Shown: one piece after another, positions 38,441 through 48,470 of the stretch
How positions within the stretch are numbered: the stretch's first letter is position 1
Layout: each line of letters opens with the position of its first letter
Source of the DNA: Candidatus Sumerlaeia bacterium
GTDB lineage: Bacteria > Sumerlaeota > Sumerlaeia > SLMS01
DNA: 64,000 nucleotides
Assembly: GCA_038208905.1 (NCBI GenBank)
Contig: JBBQYG010000003.1
Coordinates: 2,697 to 66,696 of the forward strand
Reading direction: 5' to 3'
Notes under the pieces: model-generated
Told to the model about the DNA's origin: nothing
What the model saw: only the letters and a program-made list of their open reading frames with translations
The model's database searches: none
Position numbers and translations under genes: made by a program

Positions 38441-39253
38441 ATGGGCGGCTGGTTGCTCCTGATACCCCCGTCAGAGTCCAAGAAAACGCCGCCGAACGGC
38501 AATGCGAATTACCCCGACATTCGCCGGGATAAGAAGCGTAATTCCTTTCCCGAACTCGATGTCGCGCGTGACGTGCTCATCTCCCAGCTCATCGCCGCCA
38601 TCGACCGCGGCACGGGGCTCGACCGACTCTTCGAGATGACCGGAGAGACGCTTGGCGAGGCCATCGCGTGGAATCGGCTTCTCCCCAATGCCCCCACCGC
38701 CGCCGCGCGAGACCTCTATTCCGGCGTCATGTACGAGGCCATCGATTTCGGCACGCTCAAGATGGCCGAGAAGAAGCTCTTCGACAAGAACGCCCTCATC
38801 ATCAGCGGCCTCTTCGGCCTTCTGCGCCCGTCGGATTGGATTCCCGCCTACAAGCTCAAGATCGGCGCCAACCTGGGCGGAGCCGTGGGCAAGGTCGCAC
38901 ACTTCTGGCGTCGCCCCGTCAGCGAGCTGCTGCGCCGCGAGCTGCGCGGAAAAATCGTGTGGGATTTCCTGCCCGATCAGCACCGCCGCGTGTGGGACAG
39001 CACCGGCGAAGTCGTCGCCCACCACCAGGTGAAATTCGTCAAGCGCATCATCCGCAGCGGCGTCGCCGAATACAAGACGATCAGCCACCACTCCAAGGCG
39101 CTCAAGGGCTCCCTGATTCGTCACCTACTCGCTAAAAACGCGGAATCGCCGAAGGACCTGCACGACTTCGTGCACCCCGACGGCTACAGCTATAATCGCG
39201 AATTGAGCGTGAACAGCAAGCGAGAGAGCACGCTGGTCTTCGCGGCGGATTGA
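38441..39253 (+). CDS. yaaA: YaaA/UPF0246 (DUF328) family protein
   Basis: The N-terminus LLLIPPSESKK matches the family LILxSPAKT start. 270 aa. Confidence 0.7.
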   Translation: MGGWLLLIPPSESKKTPPNGNANYPDIRRDKKRNSFPELDVARDVLISQLIAAIDRGTGLDRLFEMTGETLGEAIAWNRLLPNAPTAAARDLYSGVMYEAIDFGTLKMAEKKLFDKNALIISGLFGLLRPSDWIPAYKLKIGANLGGAVGKVAHFWRRPVSELLRRELRGKIVWDFLPDQHRRVWDSTGEVVAHHQVKFVKRIIRSGVAEYKTISHHSKALKGSLIRHLLAKNAESPKDLHDFVHPDGYSYNRELSVNSKRESTLVFAAD

Positions 39254-39281
39254 TCGCTCAACCCGCCGCGAATCCGGCATC

Positions 39282-41177
39282 CTAGTTACCCGAGACGTTC
39301 TTCCCGCCACCGACCTTGGTGCGCTCGGCCTTCTTGCGGTTCTCTGAATTAAGGATCGCCTTGCGGACACGGATGGTCTCGGGGGTGACCTCCACGAGTT
39401 CGTCCTCGGCGATCCACTCCATCGCCTGATCAAGGTTCAGGCGGCGCGGCACATCGAGCGAGTTGTCCAGTTCCTTGTTGGCGGAACGGTGATTGGTGAG
39501 CTGCTTCTTGCGAGCCGGGTTGCAGAGCATGTCGTCGGGGCGCGAATGCTCGCCGATCACCATGCCCTCGTAAACCTTCTCCATCGGCCCGATGAACATC
39601 TGGCCGCGGATCTGGATACCCTCGATGCTGTATCCCGTCGCGTCGCCCGTGTCGGTGCTGATCATGGAGCCGCGGTTGCGCGAGACCACATCGCCCCTCC
39701 ACGGCGTATAGCCCGTAAAGCGCGACGCCATGATGCCCAGGCCGCGGGTATCCGTAAGGAACTCGTTGCGATAGCCGATCAGGCCGCGCGTCGGGATGTC
39801 GAATTCCATGCGGACGATGCCGGTGCCCGTCGCGTTCATGGTTGTCATCTCGCCCTTGCGCTTTGCCAGCTTCTCGATCACCGCGCCCTGATAGATCTCG
39901 GGGACATCGATGACCAGCTTCTCCAGCGGCTCCAGCAGCTTCCCGTCGGCATCGTGCTGCGTGATAACCTCGGGGCGCGAAACACAGAGTTCCATGCCCT
40001 CTCGGCGCATTTCCTCGATCAGGATGCCAAGGTGCAGCTCTCCGCGGCCAGAAACCTTGAGTCCGTCGGCGCGGCCAATGTCCTCCACGCGAAGGGCCAC
40101 GTTGACCTTCGTCTCGCGATCCAGGCGGTCGCGCAACTGGCGCAGCGTGATCGCGCGGCCTTCCTGGCCGGCGAAGGGACCGCTGTTCACGAGGAAGAAC
40201 ATCGAGACCGTCGGCTCCTCGATCTCAAGCGGCGGGAACGCCGGGTTCAGCATTTCCGGCGAGCTGAAAGTGTCGCCGATCATGATGTCTTCGGGACCGG
40301 AGATCCACACGATGTCGCCGGCGGAAATCTCCTCGACCTCCGTCCGCTCCAGGCCGCGCGTCACCCACAGGTGGGTCGAGCGCTCGTTCTTCGTTGCCAC
40401 AACCTCCCACTCGCCCGACTGCTCTTCGTGGTTCTTCCAGCGCACCGACGTCCGCGCAAACCATGCGCCGACGTGATGACGGCCCTGGGTGATGCGCCCG
40501 CATCCGATGCGGCCGATGTAGTCATTCCACGCCAGCGTGCTCACCTGCATCAGGAACGGCGCGTCAAGGTCGGCCTTGGGCGGGGGAACGTACTGGACGA
40601 TTGTCTCGAAAAGGTGCTCCATCCCCTCGTGCTTGTCCTTCTCCAAATCGCGGACGAGCCAGCCGGCGAGGCCGGAGCCATACAGCACCGGAAAGTCGAT
40701 CTGCTCGTCGGTGGCGCCAAGCTCGATGAACAGCTCGAACGTCTTCTCCAGCGCCTCCTTCGGAGTCGCCTGGGGGCGATCCACCTTGTTCACGATCACG
40801 ATGGGCCTCAGTCCCAGCTTCAGCGAACGCATCAGCACATACCGCGTCTGGGGCATCGGCCCCTCATTGGCGTCCACCAGCAAGAGCACCGAATCCACCA
40901 TCGAGAGCACTCGCTCCACCTCGCCGGAAAAGTCGGCGTGGCCCGGCGTGTCGATGATGTTGATCATATAGTCCTGCCACGATACCGAGCAATGCTTTGC
41001 CCGGATCGTGATGCCGCGTTCCTTCTCCAGCTCGTTGTTGTCCATCACGCGTTCCTGCACGCGCGCATTGTCGCGGAACAGGTGGGCCTCGCGAAAGATC
41101 GAGTCGATCAGGGTCGTCTTGCCGTGGTCGATGTGGGCGATAATGGCCAGATTGCGGATTTTCTCAACGGCGGTCAT
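39282..41177 (-). CDS. typA: Translational GTPase TypA/BipA
   Basis: [24 protein letters not shown] motifs. EPTVSMFF and ...ELVEVTP..IRVRK C-terminal signature. Domain II carries a divergent ~9-aa insertion relative to E. coli BipA. Confidence 0.9.
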   Translation of the reverse strand: MTAVEKIRNLAIIAHIDHGKTTLIDSIFREAHLFRDNARVQERVMDNNELEKERGITIRAKHCSVSWQDYMINIIDTPGHADFSGEVERVLSMVDSVLLLVDANEGPMPQTRYVLMRSLKLGLRPIVIVNKVDRPQATPKEALEKTFELFIELGATDEQIDFPVLYGSGLAGWLVRDLEKDKHEGMEHLFETIVQYVPPPKADLDAPFLMQVSTLAWNDYIGRIGCGRITQGRHHVGAWFARTSVRWKNHEEQSGEWEVVATKNERSTHLWVTRGLERTEVEEISAGDIVWISGPEDIMIGDTFSSPEMLNPAFPPLEIEEPTVSMFFLVNSGPFAGQEGRAITLRQLRDRLDRETKVNVALRVEDIGRADGLKVSGRGELHLGILIEEMRREGMELCVSRPEVITQHDADGKLLEPLEKLVIDVPEIYQGAVIEKLAKRKGEMTTMNATGTGIVRMEFDIPTRGLIGYRNEFLTDTRGLGIMASRFTGYTPWRGDVVSRNRGSMISTDTGDATGYSIEGIQIRGQMFIGPMEKVYEGMVIGEHSRPDDMLCNPARKKQLTNHRSANKELDNSLDVPRRLNLDQAMEWIAEDELVEVTPETIRVRKAILNSENRKKAERTKVGGGKNVSGN

Positions 41178-41299
41178 GGAGAACTTTCGATTAGGTGGAA
41201 TATTGTGGCATCGAACGCCCGCGGGGCTCCGAAGCCGCCGGTAGGGACCACACCCCCCGGGCCCGCGTCAAAGGGCATTCTGGCTACTTTGTTGAGTCT

Positions 41300-42475
41300 T
41301 CACCGCCAAACGGCAGGGCGCTTTACCAGCACTCCATCGATCACCTGCTCCAATTCCTTCGCCCGGCGGGCCCAGGTCCAATCGGCCTCCACCCGGCGGC
41401 GTGCCTCCGTGCCCATCTCCCGGCGTGTCGCGCCGTCCTCGATTAATTCCCTCAGATTGGCGCAAAGTGCTGCGACGTCGTCCGCCTCGCAGAGCAACCC
41501 ATTGACCCCGTGCTCCACCAATTGCTCCGTGCCGGGAATCCGGGTTCCGATCACTGGCAGGCCGCAGGCCGCCGCCTCCAGAACCACATTCGGCATCCCC
41601 TCGTAGCGCGACGGAAACGCGAAGATATCCGCCCGGCGATAGGCCCCGGCGATCTCCTTGCGGCTCACGAGGCCAAGAAACTTCACGCGGTCGACAATGC
41701 CGAGGCGGCGCGCCAACTCCCCGAATTCCGCGAGCCTCGGCCCCGTGCCCGCAATATCGAGCCGCCACTCCCGCGAGTTGCCACGCAGTGCCGCCAGCGA
41801 GTTGAGAAGCGTATCCACCCCCTTCTGCGTCGTGAGGCGACCCGCGAAGAGAATCGCAACTGGCCCTGTGCGAGCGGCGCGACCCCCCGGCGGGGGAGTA
41901 AACGCCTGCGGATCGATCCCATTGTAGAGCACGCCGACCGCCTTGTGGGGGAACGCGCGCTGGGCAAGGTCCCTTAGCCCATCGCTATTCGCCAGCGCCA
42001 CCGCCGACCGATTCACGATCAGGCGATTCAGCCAAAGTGTCGCGCGATGCAGCCTCTCCAGCTCCCCCGGCAGCCATCCCGGCACATCGCCGCCGCGAAA
42101 CAGCACCACGTGCGGAATGCCCCTCACCAGCGACGCTGGAAATGCGGCAAGACCAGAGGGAATCGAATGAAAGGAAACGATCACTTCGGGTCGCGGCCCG
42201 CCGCGCAGCATCAGATACGGGACCGCCGCCGCCACGAAGGACATCATTTCCACGGGATTCGATTCACCGCGCTGCTTCCGCAGGCAAGGCAGTCGCCGAA
42301 TGGCGAGCCCGCCGCGCCGCGCCAACGCTGGCAACCGACCGTATCCAGCCGTGACAACCTCGACACGGTGCCCGAGCCTCGCCAGTTCCCGCGCCAGAAA
42401 GGACGAGCCGGTGCTGGCCCCGCCGCCCAGCGGGGGAAATTCATAGTTGCAGATCAGGATTCGGCGGCGGGTCAC
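41300..42475 (-). CDS. Glycosyltransferase family 4 (GT-B)
   Basis: RILICNYEFPPLGGG N-terminal motif. EGMPNVVLEAAACGLPVI (E-x7-E region). Confidence 0.75.
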   Translation of the reverse strand: MTRRRILICNYEFPPLGGGASTGSSFLARELARLGHRVEVVTAGYGRLPALARRGGLAIRRLPCLRKQRGESNPVEMMSFVAAAVPYLMLRGGPRPEVIVSFHSIPSGLAAFPASLVRGIPHVVLFRGGDVPGWLPGELERLHRATLWLNRLIVNRSAVALANSDGLRDLAQRAFPHKAVGVLYNGIDPQAFTPPPGGRAARTGPVAILFAGRLTTQKGVDTLLNSLAALRGNSREWRLDIAGTGPRLAEFGELARRLGIVDRVKFLGLVSRKEIAGAYRRADIFAFPSRYEGMPNVVLEAAACGLPVIGTRIPGTEQLVEHGVNGLLCEADDVAALCANLRELIEDGATRREMGTEARRRVEADWTWARRAKELEQVIDGVLVKRPAVWR

Positions 42476-42535
42476 GATGCTCGGTCTTTGCTGCTTGATT
42501 TCGCCACGTTTAGCGGCGATCTTGCCCCCCCGGGG

Positions 42536-42556
42536 CCAGCCTGATCTGGCTTTTTC
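42536..42556 (+). promoter_or_regulatory. Terminator-like hairpin plus T5 tract in the folE 5' leader (candidate attenuator/riboswitch expression platform)
   Basis: GCCAG-CCTGAT-CTGGC followed by TTTTT, preceded by the CCCCGGGG palindrome. No upstream plus-strand gene that it could terminate. Confidence 0.3.
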
Positions 42557-42697
42557 GGTCCCTTTTCAGTAGGCACATTTCTCGTTACTCCCCATTGCAG
42601 GTACCGCGTCGTGCAGCCCATCAGAGATCCGGACATGCTGCCGAGCGAGGCCACCGAGGCGGCGCCCCGCCAGAATCCCCCGCAAGGACGCGAGCCA

Positions 42698-43330
42698 ATG
42701 TCAGTCGAATACATCGAGCCGCAGTTCCCCCAGGAAGACGACGAACTGAGCCCCGCCCACGGCTCGCTGGGAATCGAAAAGCAAATCCGCGAGATACTCG
42801 TCAAGATGGGCGAAGACCCAGAGCGCGAGGGCCTGCTCAAGACGCCGGGCCGCGTCGACCGCGCCATGGCCTTCCTCACCTCCGGCTACCACGCCGACAT
42901 CGGCAAGATCGTCAACGGCGCTATTTTCGAGGAGGCCGACGGCGAGCGTTTCGACGAGATGGTACTCGTGAAGGACATCGAGTTCTACTCCATGTGCGAG
43001 CACCACATGATCCCCTTCTTTGGCCGGGTCCATATCGCGTACATACCCAACCGGAAGGTCGTGGGACTCTCCAAGCTGCCGCGCATCGTGGAGGTCTTCG
43101 CGCGAAGGCTCCAACTCCAGGAACGCCTGACACACCAGATCGCCAACTGCGTGGACGAGGTTCTCAGCCCACGCGGAGTCGCCGTCGTCGCCGAGGCCCG
43201 CCACATGTGCATGTGCATGAGGGGCATCCAGAAGCAGGGCTCCTCGACCACCACCTCCGCCATGATGGGCGTCTTTCGCGAGAACCCCCAAACGCGCAAC
43301 GAGTTCCTCAGCCTCATCCGCGGCGTATAG
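42698..43330 (+). CDS. folE: GTP cyclohydrolase I
   Basis: [21 protein letters not shown] and [16 protein letters not shown] are hallmark FolE motifs. Start at MSVEYIEP (alternative upstream ATG at 42611). Confidence 0.9.
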   Translation: MSVEYIEPQFPQEDDELSPAHGSLGIEKQIREILVKMGEDPEREGLLKTPGRVDRAMAFLTSGYHADIGKIVNGAIFEEADGERFDEMVLVKDIEFYSMCEHHMIPFFGRVHIAYIPNRKVVGLSKLPRIVEVFARRLQLQERLTHQIANCVDEVLSPRGVAVVAEARHMCMCMRGIQKQGSSTTTSAMMGVFRENPQTRNEFLSLIRGV

Positions 43331-43333
43331 ACA

Positions 43334-44575
43334 TCACCCAAACAGGTCTGGCGCGCTATCGTCGCTGACCACCGCCTGCCGGCGCCCATCCTTGAACTGG
43401 AGGCTGATCGGAAGGTTCTTCTTTAACTCGTCCGCCGAAGAAATGACGCGCTCGTTGGAGGCGCGCCGGACGACCGCGTAGCCCTTCGAGAGAATCAACT
43501 CCGGGTTGTGACCATCCAGCGCGCCGTCGAGCCGCTCCACACGCGCGCGGGCCCGCTCCAGCCTACGCAGGACGACTTCGGGCATCCGCTTCATCGCCAG
43601 ATCGACGCGTTGCTGGTATTCGCGCAGCAGCAGCTCGGGCCTCCTCAGCGCATGACTCTGGAGTAGTCCAGTCACCCGGGCGCGCTCGCTCTTCAGGTGT
43701 GACTCCACCACGCGCCGGGCCCGGGCCACGCGGTCGAGCAATCGCTCGCGCAGGTCCACATAGCCCGCGCTTGCCAACTCTGCCGCCGCCGACGGCGTCG
43801 GCGCGCGGAGGTCCGCCACAAAGTCCGAAATGCTGAAATCCGTCTCGTGTCCCACGGCGGAAATGATCGGCACCGGCGACGCGTGGATGACGCGCGCAAG
43901 CTGTTCGCTATTGAATTCCCACAGGTCCTCCGCCGAGCCGCCCCCGCGCCCCACGATGATCACATCCACGCGGCCCGACTTCGCGAGTCTCGACACCGCG
44001 TTGGAGATTTCCGCCGCCGCACCCTCGCCCTGAACCCGAGCCGGCCATAGCAGCACCGGCAGAAACGGCGCGCGCCGGCCCAGGATGTTCAGGATGTCGC
44101 GGATCACCGCCCCCGTGGGCGACGTAACCACGCCGATGCGTGTCGGGTACAGCGGCAGCGGACGCTTTCGCGCGCCATCGAATAGGCCCTCTGCCTCCAG
44201 CTTCGCCTTCAGCGCCTGAAACTTCGCCCACAACTCTCCCTCGCCGGCGCGCTTCATCCCGTCCACCAGTAGTTGGTACTGCCCGCGCTTCTCAAAAACC
44301 GACACGCGCCCCCGGCACTCGACCTTGTCGCCCTCGCGCGGATCGAACGACATCCTGCCGCGGCTTCCCTTCCAGATCACGCAACCCAACAGCGCGCCCT
44401 CGTCCTTGATCGAGAAGTAGGCGTGCCCTGACGAAGCCACCATCCACGAACTGATCTCCCCGCTTACCACCACCGAGGCGAATCGCGCCTCCAACTCTCC
44501 GCGAATCAGCGCGGAAAGCTGGCTCACCGTCAGGATGTCCGAGGCGGCGCCCGCCTTGGAGAGGATATTGGCCAT
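43334..44575 (-). CDS. xseA: Exodeoxyribonuclease VII large subunit
   Basis: OB-fold N-terminus (VSGEISSW...GHAYFSIKDE), IGVVTSPTGAVIRD, IIVGRGGGSAEDLW. Confidence 0.85.
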   Translation of the reverse strand: MANILSKAGAASDILTVSQLSALIRGELEARFASVVVSGEISSWMVASSGHAYFSIKDEGALLGCVIWKGSRGRMSFDPREGDKVECRGRVSVFEKRGQYQLLVDGMKRAGEGELWAKFQALKAKLEAEGLFDGARKRPLPLYPTRIGVVTSPTGAVIRDILNILGRRAPFLPVLLWPARVQGEGAAAEISNAVSRLAKSGRVDVIIVGRGGGSAEDLWEFNSEQLARVIHASPVPIISAVGHETDFSISDFVADLRAPTPSAAAELASAGYVDLRERLLDRVARARRVVESHLKSERARVTGLLQSHALRRPELLLREYQQRVDLAMKRMPEVVLRRLERARARVERLDGALDGHNPELILSKGYAVVRRASNERVISSADELKKNLPISLQFKDGRRQAVVSDDSAPDLFG

Positions 44576-44596
44576 CGCTGATGAACTCCTCTCTGT

Positions 44597-46465
44597 CTAG
44601 ACGCGGGGGATGTAGTCCGAGGCCCAGGTGCGAGCCTGCTTGCTATCCAGAATGTGGCACTTGCGCGCGCGCTTGAGCAACGCGCGGCTGAACATGGCGA
44701 GCGGCAGATACACCAGCGCGCGACTGTGCCGGCGCGCCAGTTCCCGCAACTCCGGATGTGGAGGCTTTGCCGAGACCACGGCGATGTAGCGCTCTTCCGA
44801 CATCATGATCGCCGCCGCGACGAGAAGCCGACCGTGCGTCTCCCACCCGTACAGCGGAGGAAAGTCCCACACGTCGGCAATGCCCCGCGCCGGATAGACG
44901 GAAAGGATTCCCGAATACTCGATCCGCGAAATGCCAGGCCCGACCATCTCCCGGCCCAGCGGCGTGGAGTAGAACGCGATGTCCGACTCGTTGCTATTCT
45001 CCGCATACAGCGACGTCCGCCACAGATTGCTGGCCGCCAGGTGGACATCGCGCCAGATCAGGACGACGGGGCCGACCTTTCCCGGCGGGATGCGTTCCCG
45101 GCGGACGTATATCTTCCGTTCGTGAAGGTGCCGCATCGTCTCGCGTATATCCAGACCGTCGAGAACGCTCGAAGTGAACGGCTCGCTGGTGCTGTGATTC
45201 GCTCCAATCTCCTGCTGCGCGCGCGTGCGGATCGTGCGGAAGAAATTCTCAATGAAGATGTCCTCCGGAGGCCAGGAGCAGATCCCCGCGCCCAGCATCA
45301 GGTTCCTGCCAAAGCCCGCGCGCCATTTCAGCTTCTCCTCCGGCGTGGCTGGCGGGCGGCGGTGAAACTCGAAGAAAATCTCGCCGAGTGGCGGATACGG
45401 ATACGCATGGATAGGCCTTTCCACGCCATCGGAAAATTCGGTGTGCAGGTTCAGGCTCGTGTGCTGCCCGTCGTGCTCCTGCTCCTCGCCCGGTCGCGCG
45501 TTCGGCGGATAGTGGCTCAGCGTCTCCAGCACGATCGCGCCAAAGTCGTCATCCACGCATCCCTTGGCCGCCTGCACCATCTCATAGAGTCGCGGCCTCA
45601 GATGCCCGCGAACAATCGCAAGGTTCCTTCCGAACTGAAAGAGCGCCCGCCATTCCGTCATGCTGATCGGCTCGTCATACTCCTCCTCATACTGCGCAGA
45701 CGCCATGCGCAGGATTTGCCGGAGCGCACCGAGAATCGGAAACCGCGTTTCCGGACCATGGCCCGCGCGGAAATTCTCGAAGAGCCACGCGAGACGCGGC
45801 ATCTCTCTCAGCACGAGGGGGAGTTGATTCTCCGTCAGTGGCGCGGACTGGAAGTTGGGCACCAACTCGTTCCACCGGCAGGATGGCAACCGGCGCTCCC
45901 GGCCCGCCAGCAACGCGCGCAGTGGCACCAAGTGTGATACAGCGCCAACGAAGAGGATATCCTTACCAACTCGGGAGAGCGCCCTCAGCCGCGCCGCCAC
46001 CACGCGGAGGTTGCCTCCCGCATCGTCGGCGGGCATCCCTTCCGCCGTCGCCTCCGCCCACGCTGATAGCCCGATCCGCGTCGCCGCCCACTCGTCGGGT
46101 AGGCGTTGCCACCGGCCAGCATGGCCTGCGCGCCAGGTATCGACGAACTCCAGTGGGATGCGATACTCGCCTGCGAGTCGCGCCGCCTCCACCAGCGGAT
46201 CGCACGGATCCGCCGCGAACATCAGCGCCGGCGCGCCTCTCCGCTTCCACGCGAGCACGCGGATTTCCGGCAGGGAACCAACCAGCTCGCGGAAGGGCTC
46301 CGCTAGCGGGCGAGGGAACTCGATGGCGATGCAGTCAGGGTGGCGCTCTGCCACCGCGCGGCGAACCTCGTCGGCACAGGCAAGTGACCCGTGGGCCACC
46401 GGGGCCATCCGGATGCCCGGGGCCAGCGCAACGGTAGGATCGGAGATCGTTTGCGAGACCTGCAT
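44597..46465 (-). CDS. TraB/GumN/Tiki-superfamily N-terminal domain protein with long C-terminal region of unknown function
   Basis: The N-terminus VAHGSLACADEVRRAVAERHPDCIAIEFPRPL resembles the family GTAHVS...PD.V.vEL motif, and the second block is ILFVGAVSHLV. ~620 aa. The start is uncertain (M at 46465 or 46408). Confidence 0.45.
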   Translation of the reverse strand: MQVSQTISDPTVALAPGIRMAPVAHGSLACADEVRRAVAERHPDCIAIEFPRPLAEPFRELVGSLPEIRVLAWKRRGAPALMFAADPCDPLVEAARLAGEYRIPLEFVDTWRAGHAGRWQRLPDEWAATRIGLSAWAEATAEGMPADDAGGNLRVVAARLRALSRVGKDILFVGAVSHLVPLRALLAGRERRLPSCRWNELVPNFQSAPLTENQLPLVLREMPRLAWLFENFRAGHGPETRFPILGALRQILRMASAQYEEEYDEPISMTEWRALFQFGRNLAIVRGHLRPRLYEMVQAAKGCVDDDFGAIVLETLSHYPPNARPGEEQEHDGQHTSLNLHTEFSDGVERPIHAYPYPPLGEIFFEFHRRPPATPEEKLKWRAGFGRNLMLGAGICSWPPEDIFIENFFRTIRTRAQQEIGANHSTSEPFTSSVLDGLDIRETMRHLHERKIYVRRERIPPGKVGPVVLIWRDVHLAASNLWRTSLYAENSNESDIAFYSTPLGREMVGPGISRIEYSGILSVYPARGIADVWDFPPLYGWETHGRLLVAAAIMMSEERYIAVVSAKPPHPELRELARRHSRALVYLPLAMFSRALLKRARKCHILDSKQARTWASDYIPRV

Positions 46466-46515
46466 GGTGGGAGATTTTCTCCCCCACCCGCGCAGGTCAA
46501 GGGAGTGTTCTTGCG

Positions 46516-47304
46516 CTACTTGGCGGCGGGCTTCTCCACGACGAGCCACCCGCGAACCCGCCCGCTTACCTTATCGACCTTGTTCATGGCGTCCCACATC
46601 TCCCGGGCGTCCACCCAGAATGGCTCGCGATCGGCATTTACCTCGAGGATCAACACCTGGTTGGTCGCCTCGTCGAAGTCCGCCACCGGCGAAAAATGCC
46701 CGCCCGAATTCACACGCTTATAGAGCCAGTTTACCGCGTAGTTGGATATCAGAACATCGTCGCCGGAAAGGCGGTTCTTCTTCAACGCCGCGATCCACGC
46801 ATCGTAACCAAACTCGCCGTCCTCTGTCCCTGCGTGAAAGCGACTGGTCGCCAGGCCCGACCGGGTGTTGATCATCGTCATCAACTCCTCCAGCGTGAAG
46901 CCCTGCTTGTAAACCACATCCTGCGTGATGATGTGGGCGGTTTCAGGAATGAACAGGCTGTCCTGGGTGTAGGCCTCGCCCGGCTTCAGCGCATTCTGGA
47001 CGATCACCGCGGAGGCCGCGCCACAGTGGCTCTTGAGTTGGGGAATCCACTTCGCAGCGAGTGGCGCGTAATCGATGGCGGCCTTCTTGTCGAGCAGTGC
47101 GGCGCCTTCATCGGAGCTTAGCGGAACCATCTTCGCCGCCGCTTCGAGCAGCTTCTCCCGCGCGATCTTCTCGGCCGCGACCTCCGTCGTGGCCGCCACT
47201 GCGGCGGTCGGCTGGTCTGCCGCGCGAAGCGCCATCGGGGAGGACAGCAGAAAGGCAAGCAGCGCAATCCGGAGAGTCAGTGCCATCGGGGAAATCCTCG
47301 CCAT
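46516..47304 (-). CDS. Phytochelatin-synthase-like (papain-fold, Phytochelatin domain) secreted protein
   Basis: Start at internal MARISPMALTLRIALLAFLLSSPMALRA (signal peptide). Catalytic Cys motif QLKSHCGAASAVIVQNAL resembles PCS Q..CG.AS..V.NAL. Confidence 0.6.
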   Translation of the reverse strand: MARISPMALTLRIALLAFLLSSPMALRAADQPTAAVAATTEVAAEKIAREKLLEAAAKMVPLSSDEGAALLDKKAAIDYAPLAAKWIPQLKSHCGAASAVIVQNALKPGEAYTQDSLFIPETAHIITQDVVYKQGFTLEELMTMINTRSGLATSRFHAGTEDGEFGYDAWIAALKKNRLSGDDVLISNYAVNWLYKRVNSGGHFSPVADFDEATNQVLILEVNADREPFWVDAREMWDAMNKVDKVSGRVRGWLVVEKPAAK

Positions 47305-47609
47305 TAATTCAGTGAAGTTGATCCACGATCCCAAGGGGAACCGGACGCGGCAAGTCGAAAATGGCGAGCGTGCGCAGCCCGCTTGGCCTGCTCGTGTCAC
47401 GCAACTGTCAAATTGGTTTCGTACCCCGCGCGTATTGGCAATTCTCGTTGTCGGCGCCCGGACCACATGCATAACCTTCGTGGAGAACCGCGCGTATCGA
47501 GCGTGGCAGCGTATTCGTCACGCCTCTTGCAAGGATCATCACGCGTGCCCGAGCAACCGCCACCTGCGGCCTCGGCTCGCAGGGGCCACTCGCGCCTGAA
47601 AGGCAACGA

Positions 47610-48470
47610 ATGTCATCAGTCAAGCCAGCAACCTCCCGTGTCCGCCTCGCCTACTCGGAGGACTTCACGACCGCACCCGTCGTGCAGGGGCTGGATCAGG
47701 TTGTGAAGGGTGCGACCGTTCGCCGTTGCGTCAGTCTGTCTGAGGTGCGCGACCTCGCCCGCACGGGCGAGGCGGAAGTGGCCCTTGTTCCCACCGCCGA
47801 CGCGCTCTGCCTCCCCAACGTGTCACTGATTCCGTGCAGCGCCGTCACCGCCCTCGGCGCCACGCGGTCGTTTATGCTTTTTTCCAAGAAGCTCCCCGGA
47901 GAGATCAAGCGCGTCCTCGTCGATCAGGAGGACTACGGCATGACGCCTCTGGCGAAGCTACTCTTTCCCAAGAAGCTCATGGTCCGCCCGGAATTCCTCG
48001 TCAGCGCAGAGCCGATCGATCCGAGCACTTACGACCTGATGCAGAATGATGGTTTCGACGCCTACTTGCTCACGGGCCGCAACGCCATCGTCGTCAAGCG
48101 CGAGCCCTTCGCGTTCACGTGGGACATGACGCTCGCGTGGTACGAGTACTCCCGCCTGCCATTCGTCGTCCACTGCTGGATCGTGAAGAAGGGGCTCAAG
48201 CTTGGCGGCGTCGACAAGCAGCTCGGCGAGCTCTCCCGCCGCATCGATCTCAAGGGCGAGTCGGCGATCAAGACAGCGGAGCGGATGAACGTCACCTCGT
48301 CGAGCATCAAGGCGATCTTCGAGAAGGGCTTCTTCGCCGAATTCAACCCCAACATCCTCACGGCGATCCGCCGCTTCGGCCAGGAACTGGCCCAGGCACG
48401 GGTCCTGCCCGTGCAGGCGACGAGCGTCTATACGGAGCCGGCGGCCACCAAGCGACCCACCGGAGTGTGA
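47610..48470 (+). CDS. mqnA: Chorismate dehydratase MqnA-family (futalosine pathway; VitK2_biosynth/periplasmic-binding-like fold)
   Basis: 286 aa. The composition and segments LAYSEDFTTAPVV..., ALVPTADALCLPNVSLIPCSAV..., YLLTGRNAIV fit MqnA/MqnD-family proteins. TGA stop at 48468-48470. Confidence 0.6.
   Translation: MSSVKPATSRVRLAYSEDFTTAPVVQGLDQVVKGATVRRCVSLSEVRDLARTGEAEVALVPTADALCLPNVSLIPCSAVTALGATRSFMLFSKKLPGEIKRVLVDQEDYGMTPLAKLLFPKKLMVRPEFLVSAEPIDPSTYDLMQNDGFDAYLLTGRNAIVVKREPFAFTWDMTLAWYEYSRLPFVVHCWIVKKGLKLGGVDKQLGELSRRIDLKGESAIKTAERMNVTSSSIKAIFEKGFFAEFNPNILTAIRRFGQELAQARVLPVQATSVYTEPAATKRPTGV

Noticed and set aside
40350-40500. Suspected double frameshift in typA/bipA domain II ([32 protein letters not shown]... 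looks unlike E. coli BipA).
   Set aside because: Translating the other two frames over this stretch gives junk or stops. The in-frame sequence re-joins conserved motifs on both sides (GRI... and [16 protein letters not shown]). It is best explained as a lineage-specific ~9-aa insertion or divergence.
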